Shown here: positions 26,883-39,691 of the stretch, piece after piece | How positions within the stretch are numbered: position 1 is the first letter of the stretch | Layout of the letters: each line of letters opens with the position of its first letter | Assembly (NCBI RefSeq): GCF_902459465.1 | Contig: NC_047064.1 | Location: 22,816,001-22,880,000 of the forward strand | Direction: 5' to 3' | Origin: Asterias rubens | Taxonomy: Eukaryota | DNA length: 64,000 nucleotides | Translations under genes and position numbers: made by a program | The notes under the pieces: model-generated | Databases searched by the model: none | The model's input: the letters and a program-made list of their open reading frames with translations, nothing else | What the model was told of the DNA's origin: nothing

Positions 26883-27760
26883 GCTCCGACTATCTGAGAT
26901 ATACAGTGGCTGGTGTTAAATCAAGACTTGGGAGGTTAACGTGCGTTTTGGTGTAAGTAACCTTAACCACCTAGAAAGCTCATTCAGTGCTCCAACTATC
27001 CACTGAGATATACAGTGGCTTGTGTTAAATCAAGACTTGGGAGGGTTAACGTGCGTTTTGGTGTAAGTAACCTTAACCACCTAGAAAGCTCATTCAGTGC
27101 TCCGACTATCCACTGAGATATACAGTGGCTGGTGTTAAATCAAGACTTGGGAGGTTAACGTGCGTTTTGGTGTAAGTAACCTTAACCACCTAGAAAGCTC
27201 ATTCAGTGCTCCGACTATCCACTGAGATATACAGTGGCTGGTGTTAAATCAAGACTTGGGAGGGTTAACGTGCGTTTTGGTGTAAGTAACCTTAACCACC
27301 TAGAAAGCTCATTCAGTGCTCCGACTATCCACTGAGATATACAGTGGCTGGTGTTTAATCAAGACTTGGGAGGTTAACGTGCGTTTTTGTGTAAATAACC
27401 TTAACCACCTAGAAAGCTCATTCAGTGCTCCGACTATCCACTGAGATATACAGTGGCTGGTGTTAAATCAAGACTTGGGAGGGTTAACGTGCGTTTTGGT
27501 GTAAGTAACCTTAACCACCTAGAAAGCTCATTCAGTGCTCCGACTATCCACTGAGATATACAGTGGCTGGTGTTAAATCAAGACTTGGGAGGGTTAACGT
27601 GAGTTTTGGTGTAAGTAACCTTAACCACCTAGAAAGCTCATTCAGTGCTCCGACTATCCACTGAGATATACAGTGGCTGGTGTTAAATCAAGACTTGGGA
27701 GGGTTAACGTGCGTTTTGGTGTAAGTAACCTTAACCACCTAGAAAGCTCATTCAGTGCTC
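26883..27760. repeat. 109-110-bp tandem repeat, 8 highly similar copies
   Basis: gagatatacagtgg recurs every 108-110 bp. Units differ mainly by GGGAGG versus GGGAGGG and by a few substitutions. Confidence 0.98.
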
Positions 27761-28339
27761 TCTTTGCAGAGGTCTGGCCCCAAGTTTATAAGCAAGGAAG
27801 AGGGATACAGGGGTAAATCAAAGTGCACATTGATTGTAGTTAGCCTCCGGAATAAATCATCAATTTATTTCTCTCAATTTAGATAATTTGTTTTGGGGTT
27901 GATTTCGGTACTGGCGTTGCGCCCCAGCAAGATACAACTATACGTTAGTAGCTAATATTAGATTGAATCATTTGGCTTTGAAATTCATTTCTTAGAAGAA
28001 AAAAAAGGGTGAGTGTTGAATGTTTTACAAAACTATTTTTTTTTTAAATATCGTGACTTCAGCTTTAGTTGGGTTCGTAAAGGTTAAGACTTGCAATTTG
28101 CAATGCAATTCAAAGCCAAAATCTAACTATGTGTACACCACTTTGTTTAAAATTGGTCACGACACTCTCTTACACTTGAGACTCTGTGATAATAAACAAA
28201 CATAAGGAACATCGACTGGCTTCGTTTAGAGTCTTAAGTTTTAATCAACATATAAAAATATAATTATATTTGAGAATTCTTAGGTGGAAATATCGCCCGT
28301 TTTTGTGTTAATGTTAACATAGCATACATACTCATTTTG

Positions 28340-28455
28340 GTTTTACCCATAACACCGATTTAGCATTGTGTACTCTGTGTACAAAATCACGGGCATATCA
28401 CTCGGATGGGATTCGAACCCATGACTATTACAGTTATAGAGCAGTGTCATAGCAC
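28340..28455 (-). mobile_element. tRNA-derived SINE-like fragment
   Basis: B-box GGGTTCGAATCCC on the minus strand at 28408-28420; degenerate flanks. Confidence 0.45.
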
Positions 28456-31400
28456 ACATACACATTTAACATGTATCCGATAATTGTAGGGTTAAGTAAT
28501 ACAAAAACACGCTCAGTAGGCTACATTTTGTTTTTGAAAAAATGATATTGCCGGGCTTGTCACACACGATGCAAATGGAGCAACCTTTTCAATGATGGTT
28601 AATTGTTTACCTATTGTTTACTCTGGTAATGGCTCACTCGCATCTATCTATCTATAGGTAGGAAATGATTGATCACTCAATTCATATATTCAACTAACCG
28701 GTCTTTGTTTGTAATGTACGTGTGTCCACATCTATACTGAGTGTTTCTTAAACCGATAGGGGAGGGGGGGCACATGTTCTTTGGAATTGAACCTCGTCAC
28801 CTCGACTCATAATAAAGTTAATGATATTTAAAGAAACCCAAAACGCATTTTGTATGTTTTAAAGACATCATAAACAGGACATACTTATGTATTGAAACTT
28901 GCTCTGTGTTGTTCTCTGAAAAGAAAACAACCGGAACGTATACATCCAGTTTTAAAAGTAAATTTAGACAATGAAGGCGCTAGCAGGAAACTGGTGTACA
29001 TATCAGTGATACTTTGATTCAAGAAACATTTTGCTAAACAAATAGTAGCTTAGACGTCGTAAATTGCAGTGTATTGAACATTTCAATGATTTCTTTACAT
29101 CAATAGTTTGTTCAAGAATAACAGTTTGTTGTTAAATGCATGACATAATAAGGCTTTCTCAGTAACGTGATTTATTCTATTTTTAGAGTGGTAAATAGTC
29201 TGAACCAGATGGAAATTAGTTGCATCCAGAAACCTAAACGTTTTATAGCCCATCACTTGCACTTTCCATCTCTACGGGACCGGTTCGAATCCCTTCAGGA
29301 TCTTATACGAAGTCCAGACTCGTCAAGTCTTGTTTTTGTTTAATCCCTATATGATTAGGTGGGATTTCCCTGGAAGCATTTGACTCGGCTTGCTCCCTCC
29401 CACACAAACGGTAACAGACAAATACTTTATCTTATTCGTACTGCATCAAGTCCTGGTGGCTTATAGACGAGCTTGAGGGTTGTTTTTCATTTTTACAGTA
29501 TTCCAAAATGCTTTGTCCACGGAGAATTTCAAGCTGGTTACATTTTAGTCGGCAAGTTTAACAGGGGTATTTAAGTTTATTTTAAACACTAATAATAATA
29601 ATAACAACCGTATAATTATAACGCTCCTTTTTCCAAAGGATACAAAGCGCCAGGTATTTACTGCATACATTTACTGTATTATTTCACACTTTCAGAACTA
29701 TTAGTACGTAAACAGAGTCATACATCTAGAACACATACCATTCTCGGATCAATTCCACCCCAATTCAACTCCACTCTAATTAAAGAAAAAAAATAGTGTC
29801 AGAATTGACCCGGATGAGGGTCCCATTGGGCCTGACTTGGTATCTTTGTCAAATTGGCTCAGAAATTGGTCAGACAAGGTTCCTTTATAATGGACTAGAA
29901 CCAATAGGACCCGGAATGTGTGTAATTTCTGACCCCGGGAGTGTTGATTATTAATAACTGTCCTCCCGGATTTTTAAAAACATTGGTCAGTTTTAATAGT
30001 TGGTCCAGTTGACTCTAATTGGGTCAGAGATACCTTTAAAATCAAAATCTATGTCGAAGTTCACCATATTTTGTTTTCAAATTGCTTGAAGAGCGACTTC
30101 AACCGTTCTACCACGTCAGCGACCGTGTAGACTTGTTTTCTTTTTCTTGCACACTAAAACTTGGTATAAGGACCTCTTGAATTAACGCTAGTTAACTTCC
30201 ATATTATATTCATCTCTCATTAACAACGGAAATTTTCCATGTACTCCCCTCTACGCAGTTATACACTCGTCAAGACAACGAGGGGTCGTGTGATTACTTA
30301 ATTGTCAAGAATGAGTAAGGAGTACCGCAAATAGCAAGGAATCGCATCATGTAATGTTTTTCTCTCACACTCTCTTTGGAGATCTTGAAAGCAAACCGAC
30401 TCTAAAATTAATATTGGTTCTTGATCTAATAATGGACCTGAAGATACTTTCTTGTTGTTAGTTAGTTACTAGTGAAAGTAGTGTTGATCTTGGCTTCCAT
30501 GACAACGTTTGAGACTGTCCTTACATTGTCATAACGGGAGATAAGTGCTCTCACGAATATTTCCACTTTAGCTCAAACAAACTTCAAGAAACAATCACAG
30601 TCATATAAAGATGAAAGCAAGATCCAAAGATAGATTCTGTGGGAGTGCCTTGGGACAGTTTATCATTCGCCGCTGTGTAAGATGATGACAACATTATATG
30701 GCAAAGAAATGATTTTCTTTTATTTATAGTAAAGTAATGCCTAGAAAAGTTCAAAAACTCGCCGTTTCCCTTTTAAACTCTAAACACGAATCTTAGAGCA
30801 TATGTCATGAGGTTAAGTTCTGTCTGAAAAATGTAAACGCGCAGATAAAATCCTAGTAATAATCAGTTCTTAGACTTCGATTTATAAATAACCGATAACA
30901 AGCACAAGGACAAGAACTAACCAATTTGTGACATAACCTTGACCATTGTTTGTGCGTATCCTCGAGAACTTGAGTACCTAAACATCTGAAATTGTCAACG
31001 TTTCTCGAGGAATTGCATCAATGCAATCATCTTCGTACTTATGTTAGTTTTCGTATTTCTGTTAGTCTTCGTATTTCTTGCATATAGGGTTCTACAAACA
31101 GCAACGCATAGAGAACATTGTTTTCTTCTAAGAAGGCCCAATTGTAGCCATGTTGGTTAATTTTCGCGTATTATTGGGTTGTTTGGGATTTCCTAAGCAG
31201 TAACCTTTTGGGCGGACTTTTTCTTCTTTTTTTTAACTTTGGGACTGTGCCTGACAAACACGCACAATGTCCACCATGTATTCCTGGTCATCTCTTTGTA
31301 ACAACACTTTCCAGATTAAAATATTAGCCTGTTCGGACGTTAATTTGCATATTGGCCTAATTTGGTGAAGCTGTCCGTAGTACAATTGTTGCCATTATTA

Positions 31401-31509
31401 TTGACACCTTCAAACTACTAAATAAAACATGAATTCAGTGGTACACTAGCGGAAACAAACGACTGAAAAACACCCAAACAATCATAAATATTTCATCGTT
31501 GAAGGATGG

Positions 31510-31845
31510 ATTCGTCGTGTGCCCGGCAAAAGGGCGTAAGGCCTTACGCCCTTTTGCCGGGAACATAAAGTAGTTCGTCCCAGTAACAAAAGGACGTAAG
31601 CAACAAAATGGCTCCTGACATGAAAAATATGTCTATTTTGTTGGTTCTTTTGCTAGAATTACCCTGAAGACATGTTTCCCCATTCCCCATGCAGAATTTA
31701 ACCTTTCTAGAATGACTTTTGCATGGCAACAAATTTACCAAACTTTCCCGCTCATAATTCTTGAAACACAAATTTTAACATAAATTGCTTACGTCCTTCT
31801 GCCGGGAACTTTCCCTTACGTCCTTTTGCCGGGCACACGACGAAT
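31510..31845. mobile_element. MITE with about 32-bp TIRs and internal subrepeats
   Basis: ATTCGTCGTGTGCCCGGCAAAAGG(G/A)CGTAAGG at both ends in inverted orientation; perfect 40-bp palindrome at 31522-31561; no clear TSD. Confidence 0.8.
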
Positions 31846-32903
31846 TATGCTAATAAATAGAGGTTGTTTTGGGGGTTTATAAATCATGGTTTAAATATTA
31901 CATGTTTGAGTGTTAACGAAGTCTAAACTACATCAAGTTGATACTAATAACCACAAACAAATACAGCATTTCATTCTCGTTAATTACTTCTCTGGCCATC
32001 CCCATCCTCCCGCAACTAACAATGATCTTGTATTTGATAAAAGCATTGACTAGTAATTTAGTATCGCTGTGCTCATATCTACGGGAATAATAGGTATACC
32101 ACACATATCGGAAGGGTTTATAATGTTCCCGTTGTATTAACCAACAACAAGCATGATAATATTATTGTTACAACCAACACTGTCTTTTTTACGACCTTTA
32201 TTAAACTGAACTCAATTACATTGAGCTGTCAAATAATAGACTCCTGCTTACAAGAAATAACTTGCTAATAATAAGGAGCAGGGCACCAGTCTAATATACC
32301 AAATGTTGTATGAGCGTTGGTTGCACACCTTTGCTTCAGTACACACTTTATGTTTTACGACAAATGAATGCGATCGTCTTGATACAATCTAAAGGGAATC
32401 TTGCCGATCCCTTACCAAAGTTTGTTTTCAATCAGTCGGTCCACACTTTGACAGTATTTCACCGAGAATAAGAATTCCAGAACGGTGGTGGTCGATGCCA
32501 TCAACTGCTATGTAATGTGATAAGATGTACACCAACATTTGACAGGGAGGTATCCCTTGAACATTCATGTCACAGGGCACACCTACACAAACGCCAGTAT
32601 ATCTTACTATGGTAATGTTGACATTATTATTTATATAAGAAGCTTCCGTGGGTGGTATGATAATGTTCTCATTAATTTATATTATTATTATTATTATTTT
32701 ATAGCAGTGTGAAGGTATTGAGTGCGGTAGCTCTTAAAAGAAGCAAACTGTTTGCCAAGAATTCAACTGTCTTTTACAATGTAAATTGTGTACTCTCATG
32801 TACTCACAGTAGAAACAATTGATGCATTTTACTCATCAATATGTTAAGCTGACTCCAACGGAAATTGTGAAGAAGACAAACAAAAGGAGAATATACTATA
32901 TTA

Positions 32904-32977
32904 TTGTTGTTGTCGTTGTTGTCGTCGTCGTTGTCGTCGTCGTCGTCGTCGTCGTCGTCATCGTCGTCGTCGTCGTT
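32904..32977. repeat. (GTT)n/(GTC)n compound microsatellite
   Basis: Direct reading. Confidence 0.95.
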
Positions 32978-34151
32978 GGTATTATACTTTCGTTCTAAAT
33001 TATTTGTTTTAACAAAACAATCATCAGCAAATAACAGACCTGTTAAAACAGGTGTAAATATTACTCCTTTAATATAATTGTCGTTTTCACTTTATACAGT
33101 TTGATATGTAGAACAGGTGCAAGTTTGATCTCACGCATTCTGTTATTTTTATTTTTTTTCATGTTATTTTAATCGCTGCGCAATCGTAAGAATTAATCTG
33201 AAACTCAATGACGCTGAATTGAAAAGCAAGGCTGTCATTTATTGTCAACCAACAACAACAACACAAAATGTGCACCAAATTTAGGTCGTTGAATTGTTTT
33301 GGTTTATACCGACACGGAAAATGCTGACTGTGCAGCGCTTTTTTTTTTTTTTAGTAGTCTCTCACAAACATTTATGTAAAATTTATACCAAAAACACAAA
33401 GACCGAAGGTCAGTTGACTTGTTTTCGGGTCATGCAGCATTCATATTCAAATTTCATTTAGTTCATGTTGACTTGTATGTGCGATGGTTTAAAAAAAAAA
33501 TTAAAAAAATAGACATTAGGTGTTTGTGATCACACACAAAGCTGTTCCGTGTTGTTTTGCTTGGAGTATGTGCTTCAATGACTAAGGAGTCTATAATTGA
33601 AAACAAGTTTGAAAATCGGTCATATACATTGTAGTTCTTGATATATGGTCCCACTTCCGGTTGACCCGGAAGAAGAGGTCAACTTAGAGGTCAAGAAGAG
33701 GTCAACTTAAATATGCAAATGAAGGTAACGTGGTTAATTAATTAAGAATATTATTATTTTTTTCATTTAGAGTAAAGCTTATGTTCTAAGCTTCAGTTTG
33801 GTATATGATTTAACTCTTTTGTCCTTATATTTTAGGATATTAGGTTTAAAGAAATAAACGTGTGCAATTGCTATGGGTTTTAGGCGGAAACAAAGACGGT
33901 AGGTCAGAACAGCTAATAGCGTTTAAAAAAATGTTTCATATGGCGCTATTCCATAAAGGTCGTAGCGCACGAAATGCAAATTATTATAGAAATAGGTTAG
34001 TCTTAAAAGTTTGACCTCATAAGACATAATGACAGCAGGAACAGTATTCCAAGTTATTGGTCGATCTGCACTGATTGTTTTTTACCTAGAACTTTGTTTG
34101 CACGGGAACATTCAAGTGAGACACAAATGTCATGATATTTAACCCCTCGAG

Positions 34152-34819
34152 TAGCCTTGCTCAAGGCAGTCGCATTATTCGCTCCGAAAAGACGCCGCTG
34201 TAAACCCACCCGTATACCCTGTGCGTGGTGCGTGCGATCACACCGCATGGCCTTATACACTCTGTCACATCGTACGACTACTGTGCACACAAGTCATCCG
34301 CACTCGTACCACTAAACGCATGCGGAGGCCGTCAGGCCGACAGCCTTATCTGGTCTGTAATTTCCGAGTTTAATGTGTTGTATTGAAATTTTTCCACAAG
34401 TGGACAAAATTGGGGGGGGGGGGGCGGCTCTCGGATATGTTAGTATGCAGGCCATAAATATGTATATCTTTCGTCAGACCTATCAGACAACACAGGATGT
34501 GAGGCAAATGAATTATTCATTTTTACGCCTATCATGCTCACTGAGCGTCCGTGGTGGTGGTGTGTGATGTAGACATGTCTCGTCTTTCGCGGGCATTATG
34601 GTAATGAGCTGACCGTGGGAACTCTTCGCTTATTATAGTAATGAGGTCAGTGGCTTCAACACAGACCCTACTAGGCTGTCGGCCTGACGGCCGACGCATG
34701 CGGATAGTGTACGGTGGCATCGTGTCGTGCGATGTTACGCACAGTGAATACGGGTGGGTTTTTTATACAGCGGCGGTCTTTTTTCGGAGCGAATAATTCG
34801 ACTGCCTTGAGCAAGGCTA
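34152..34819. mobile_element. Non-autonomous DNA transposon with long TIRs and 9-bp TSD (AcademH-like; MULE is an alternative)
   Basis: TAG...CTA termini. Arms 34152-34346 and 34673-34819 are inverted, with 1 mismatch in the first 38 nt. Flanks CCCCTCGAG and ACCCTCGAG match at 8 of 9 positions. Confidence 0.75.
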
Positions 34820-34836
34820 ACCCTCGAGCAGTCATA

Positions 34837-35220
34837 TAGCCTTGATCAAGGCGCTCCAGCCAGTCACGACCTGCAAAATCCCAGTCCCAATCACTCAATT
34901 CCGCCAGCGCACACCCCCCCCCCCCATACATAACACAGTGTTAATACATGTACAGCGTATGTACACATACTATGTACATGTACGATATGTACGATACACG
35001 TATGGTACACTTACAGTACATGAGTACTTTGTTTGAGCTACACGCACGAGGTTGAATACACGACCGTACCCATGACTACGCCATACTATTCTCGCTGTAC
35101 AATGTACTGCACAAACAATGTATACGTTGTTCGTGTATACGCTGCGTGCAGTTTTTGTTGAAGAATCGTGCCGCGCACCGGGCCGGGGCACACTACGCCA
35201 ACAGCCTTGAATCAAGGCTA
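34837..35220. mobile_element. Second TAG...CTA element with 9-bp TSD (AcademH-like)
   Basis: TIR TAGCCTTGAT(T)CAAGGC. Flanks GCAGTCATA (34828-36) and GCAGTCAAA (35221-29) match at 8 of 9 positions. Confidence 0.7.
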
Positions 35221-35247
35221 GCAGTCAAAGGGCGGGGGCTAAAGGAC

Positions 35248-35343
35248 CAGCAGCCGACTTCACGAAACTTTACGCCACTGCGGCATAAACGTTGCCGAAG
35301 TGGACTTACGCAGTTGCGTAAAGTTTCGTGAAAACGGCTGCTG
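35248..35343. mobile_element. Small hairpin MITE
   Basis: CAGCAGCCG..TTCACGAAACTTTACGC is inverted at the two ends (about 28 bp). Confidence 0.7.
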
Positions 35344-35790
35344 TTTCATACTTGTTGTAATAACTAAACAATGAGTGGATTCTGCTGATTAGGGAGTTTT
35401 CTTAATATCACTCTTTCATATACTTTTTTTTTGGGGTGAGGTAAATGCAGAGGTTGACAATTAGTTTGGGATGGCAATTATTCAAATTGGACCCATTATA
35501 ATGTGCACACACAAAAATCGACTGTTTGCACACAAAAACTTATACATGTACGTCCGCATGTGTAAATTCTCAGAATGCTTGTTTGGGTTTAGGGAACTGA
35601 TCTATTCATCTGTTAAGACCATTAGAATAAGAATTATGACCCCTCCTTATTCTTAATACAATCTGCCTTCCGATCGCGCCCTGTGGATACAGCATTTCCT
35701 ATTTTATTGTGATTCCTTTAAATTTGTGAATTTTTAAGGAAGTCAAGTGTGGACCGAAGATAAGGTGGAGGAGTGTAATAATTACTTTAA

Positions 35791-36167
35791 CGGGTCTGGG
35801 TACTTTTTTGTAGGACAAACACAATGTCAACAGATTTACATTTAACTTACACTGTTTGAAGATAATGATGGTAGAAAGCTTCCCTGAACATGTTAGCTGC
35901 TGATGGAGCAGTAGTTTTTGAGAAATGAGTAAAACAATGTCATGAAAATAATTTTCGTCTCAGTGATCATGAGACGAAAGGTATTTTAGCAAGTAAAAAC
36001 GTATTTTCATGACATTCTTTTGCTCAATATTCTCAAAAGCTATACAGCACCTCAGTAACTAATATTTTATGGTACGTTTCCTATACTACAATTATCTTCA
36101 AACGGTGTAAGTTTAATGTAAATCTGTGGACATTGTGTTTTGTGTTACAAAAAATACCCAAAATCTT
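35791..36167. mobile_element. Foldback Kolobok-like MITE family C
   Basis: TTAA flanks and long imperfect IR arms (acaatgtcaacagatttacatttaacttacac versus gtgtaagtttaatgtaaatctgtggacattgt). Confidence 0.75.
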
Positions 36168-37242
36168 TTAAATGTGAAAGATATTTGCAAGTTGTTGTGT
36201 TCAAGCATTTATAAGCATTTATAAACCAAAAAAGAGCAAGTTTAAAATAAATTCATTCTGAATTGGCGGTATGAAGTTCCCCGAGTGGATGGGTAATACC
36301 TCAGGAGTGTGGGACCAACAAAAAAACATTATGAAGTAGTAAGACAGCTGAACTTGCAATCACAAGGTTGTGTGTTCGAATCCTACCCAGCTAATCACAT
36401 TTTTTCACAATGATAGAGCAAGTATTGGCGTCTGGAAAATGAATCGCAAATTCTTGAGTAATGTTGTGCAATTCGTAATCATAGACGTTAAACCAGCATG
36501 TTTGTATGAGAGATATTTGCTATTATGTTGCCAGCTTGGTATATATAACCCCTTGTATTGTGAGAACTTGTCAAATCCCTTGATGAGAAGATCGTCTGAA
36601 CAAACAAACGAGCTGTAATTGTTGTACTTTGTAAAATTCATGCGACGGTATAGCACTATAGCATTGAGATAGTCATAACGAGGGCGTAATGTCATGATTG
36701 AACAGATCGCTTAACCAAACCTGATTTTCAATAACGGGTGTCATTATGAAGAAGTCCCGCCTTTGTGAACAATGGCACATGCTGTCAATGCGGCACACAT
36801 GGAACATTCATATATTTAGCCGTGGTTTATATCAAACCAACTAATTAGATTGAATATTAACTCCGATAGTGCGTCCAACATTTGTCAGTATTGTAAACAT
36901 AATAGATTATAATTCTTTATTGTCCGCATAACATATACAGATAATTGTTTTCCATTGGCAATTGGAGACATTAAAAAATTATTATTATTATTATTATTAT
37001 AATAAACATGTTCATTAAACCGAACAATAAAATGTAAAGCACAATAAAAACCACGAAAAAATTGTATATTGCTAAAATTACAGCGAATGATTGGAATAGA
37101 TTACTGACAATACTTACAAGTTACTTTAAAATTATACAAAACATTTGTGGTACAGTTAAAAAATAAGTAATTACCGTTTGACTAAAGAATTAAAAAGATG
37201 ATACTTACATCAGGGTAAAATCATAATATTGCTATTATTTAA

Positions 37243-37599
37243 AGGGAATGTGTACGTTTGGTTTCGCTCTTAATTTAAAGGCAGTACAATTTTGTTTTCT
37301 TATACAATAATTATCAGCTTTTGATAGACTTCGAAGAAATTGTGATATTATGTCCAAACATGTTCGTTTATGCCCCATATTATGCAGTAGCGCATCTTAG
37401 ATTGTGTTTTCCTAAATAGAGATTAATCTTCCGACGTGGAAATATTCGCTCCGCATTTTCGGCGATTTCTCGATTTGAACGCGACCACTAAAAAAAAAAA
37501 ACGATTTACACGTGTTTGTTTTCTTAAAATTATTATGTCAACATTTAGACAGGATTAAAACGATCAAACGATTCTAAAATCTAGATGTACACTTTGCCT
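37243..37599. mobile_element. Kolobok-like MITE family D (degenerate)
   Basis: TTAA/AGGGAATGTGTACGT ... ATGTACACTTTGCCT/TTCA. Confidence 0.55.
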
Positions 37600-39616
37600 T
37601 TCATTGTACTTTTGTATGGAATCTAAGTCGGTGGACGATCGTTTAAAGGAGGTGGCGGCCGTGTTCCGCAATGTTTGGCCAAGCAAAGATTAAACACTCA
37701 TTTTTTGCACAGATGTGCCTTTTTCTGCTGGAGTCCCATCGCAATTCTGAGTAGGGGAAGAATGAGACGCAATGATAACTTGAGGTGACTAACGATTGAG
37801 AGATGTTCGTTCGGACATCATTTTACGATCCATCATTTTAGACGGGGTCCGTGCAGTTTGGGTGTTTTTTCTCTCGGGTCGGGTACGAGTTACCATGCCA
37901 TTGCAACAGTGTAACGATGGCCAAAGAGCCATTTTCGAAACAGACAACTGAAGGATGGTGGCTGTGAGATTAGGCGCTCTATCGAGATTATTCGGTTGTG
38001 GAAGAATAAGAACATTCCAAATCTCTGTGGGGATGTGTGTTTGCCACGGGCATAACTCAATGTAAAGATATTATAACACGGGGTTATGTCAACCCTTTAA
38101 CTGTGTGCTTAATTTCCCAGAAGAGTTTCAAAGCTCGCAGTCAAAACGAATTTGTTTCAATTGCATGAAAAATACCTGGATGATTACAATTTCAAATTGA
38201 TACTCCCGGCAGGGCATCGTGCCTTTATAATGGAACAACTTCATAGATTATTGATTTAAATATTTCAAACACAGGTGAAATTGAATTTGAAATTTATATA
38301 TGATATAAAAAAAGACACTCATCCATCAAAAAGTTTGCATATGAAAAGTTTACATTGATGAAACTTTACAATGTATATGTATAACTTTTAGAAGGGGTCT
38401 TTGCACAGCAGAATCATCGAATTTTGATTGTTCGTTGCTCACAATAGCATAAAACGTAGCAAGATGACTCATCTTTAATACTGATTGTTTAAAACAAGTC
38501 CTATGGACATGCTTGGAGTAGGACGTTTTCTCAAATTATTTTAGCAATAGCGGTCTTGGTTATGTTTTATGAGTAAGTAAGTGGAAAGTTATTAAAGTAT
38601 CATTCATTTTCCACGTAATAAAATCATCATTTTATATTTTGTTTGATTTTTTAATGCACCCATTTGAGCTCACACCATTGTCCTTATGTTTCTAGCAATT
38701 ATTTTGTTATTCTTGATTCTTAATGACATAAGGACAGAGAAGTCAGCTACAACTATAATGGCCATGTTTATGTCTTGTTGTTTTTTTGGTTGCAAGTGTA
38801 ATCGAGAGTTGTTTGTTGTTGATTTTTTTCCCAAAAGGATGAACCAACAAAACAAAAAGTGTACGTCTCTGACCGTTCACCACCACCAACGATTGAAAAA
38901 AAAAGATAATGCCCGCGTATGATCCAACCGGAACTAATGTTTAATTTCTACGGCTAATTTGCTGATGGGGCGATAAGATCTTTAGGGATAGAATTGACGG
39001 GACCTGTCGTGAACATAACGTGAGGCAGCGTTATTCTACTAAATCATACCCACTCCTACCTACGTGCTGACCCTGTATAGATTCAAAACCGATAATTTTT
39101 ACGGAAGCTATGAAGATCCATATCGACACGTGCTGAATGCGTGGACGCCTCGCATTCGCAGAGATTAGCAAACTCGCTTTGAAAATCTTAGTTTTTTGTT
39201 GACGTTTAATCCACGCTTCTCTTTAAGATATCACGACTTTAAACCGACGGCTGCCGAAACGTTTTGTGCGGGCAGGATTGTCTGACTTTGAATTATTCTT
39301 TAACTAAGGTTTGACTAAATTTGGAACATGGTGTAATTCAAAACCGAGGCAATGGAAGTGTTGCACATTATACTAATTGAGGACTGTTGAGGATTTGTTC
39401 GGTACATATTACGACCTTAAACTGTTATTACAAAAAAAATATTAGTACATCCACTGATGCCTAGTGGTATTTTAAGCTGAGTTTGTTCTGGCATTACAAT
39501 TGAACTCAAGACAGAGGTAAAACTACCATTGTTATGTTAATTGTTAGTATCAATATAAACCACAAGGGAAACTGACTGGGTAAATTTTGAAATGATTTTT
39601 GGGGTTGAACAAAGAA

Positions 39617-39691
39617 TGGACTAGAGTGGCATTCGAACCAACGACCTCCGGATTACCGTGCCGGCGCTCTACCAACTGAGCTATCTAGCCC
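39617..39691 (-). pseudogene. tRNA-like cloverleaf (pseudo-tRNA or SINE module)
   Basis: GGGCTAGA-TAGCTCAGTTGGTAGAGC-G-CCGGCACGGTAATCCGG-AGGTC-GTTGGTTCGAATGCCAC-TCTAGTCCA. The acceptor and D stems pair and the A and B boxes are intact, but the anticodon loop has A32/C33 and the T stem is broken. Confidence 0.7.

Noticed and set aside
26883-27760. Tandem Pol III gene cluster (5S-like size of about 110 bp)
   Set aside because: There are no recognisable A, B or C boxes, no 5S similarity, and no oligo-T terminator at the unit ends.
39617-39691. Functional tRNA (GGT anticodon)
   Set aside because: There is no U33, the anticodon and T stems are mispaired, and it is embedded in a repeat; kept only as a pseudo-tRNA.
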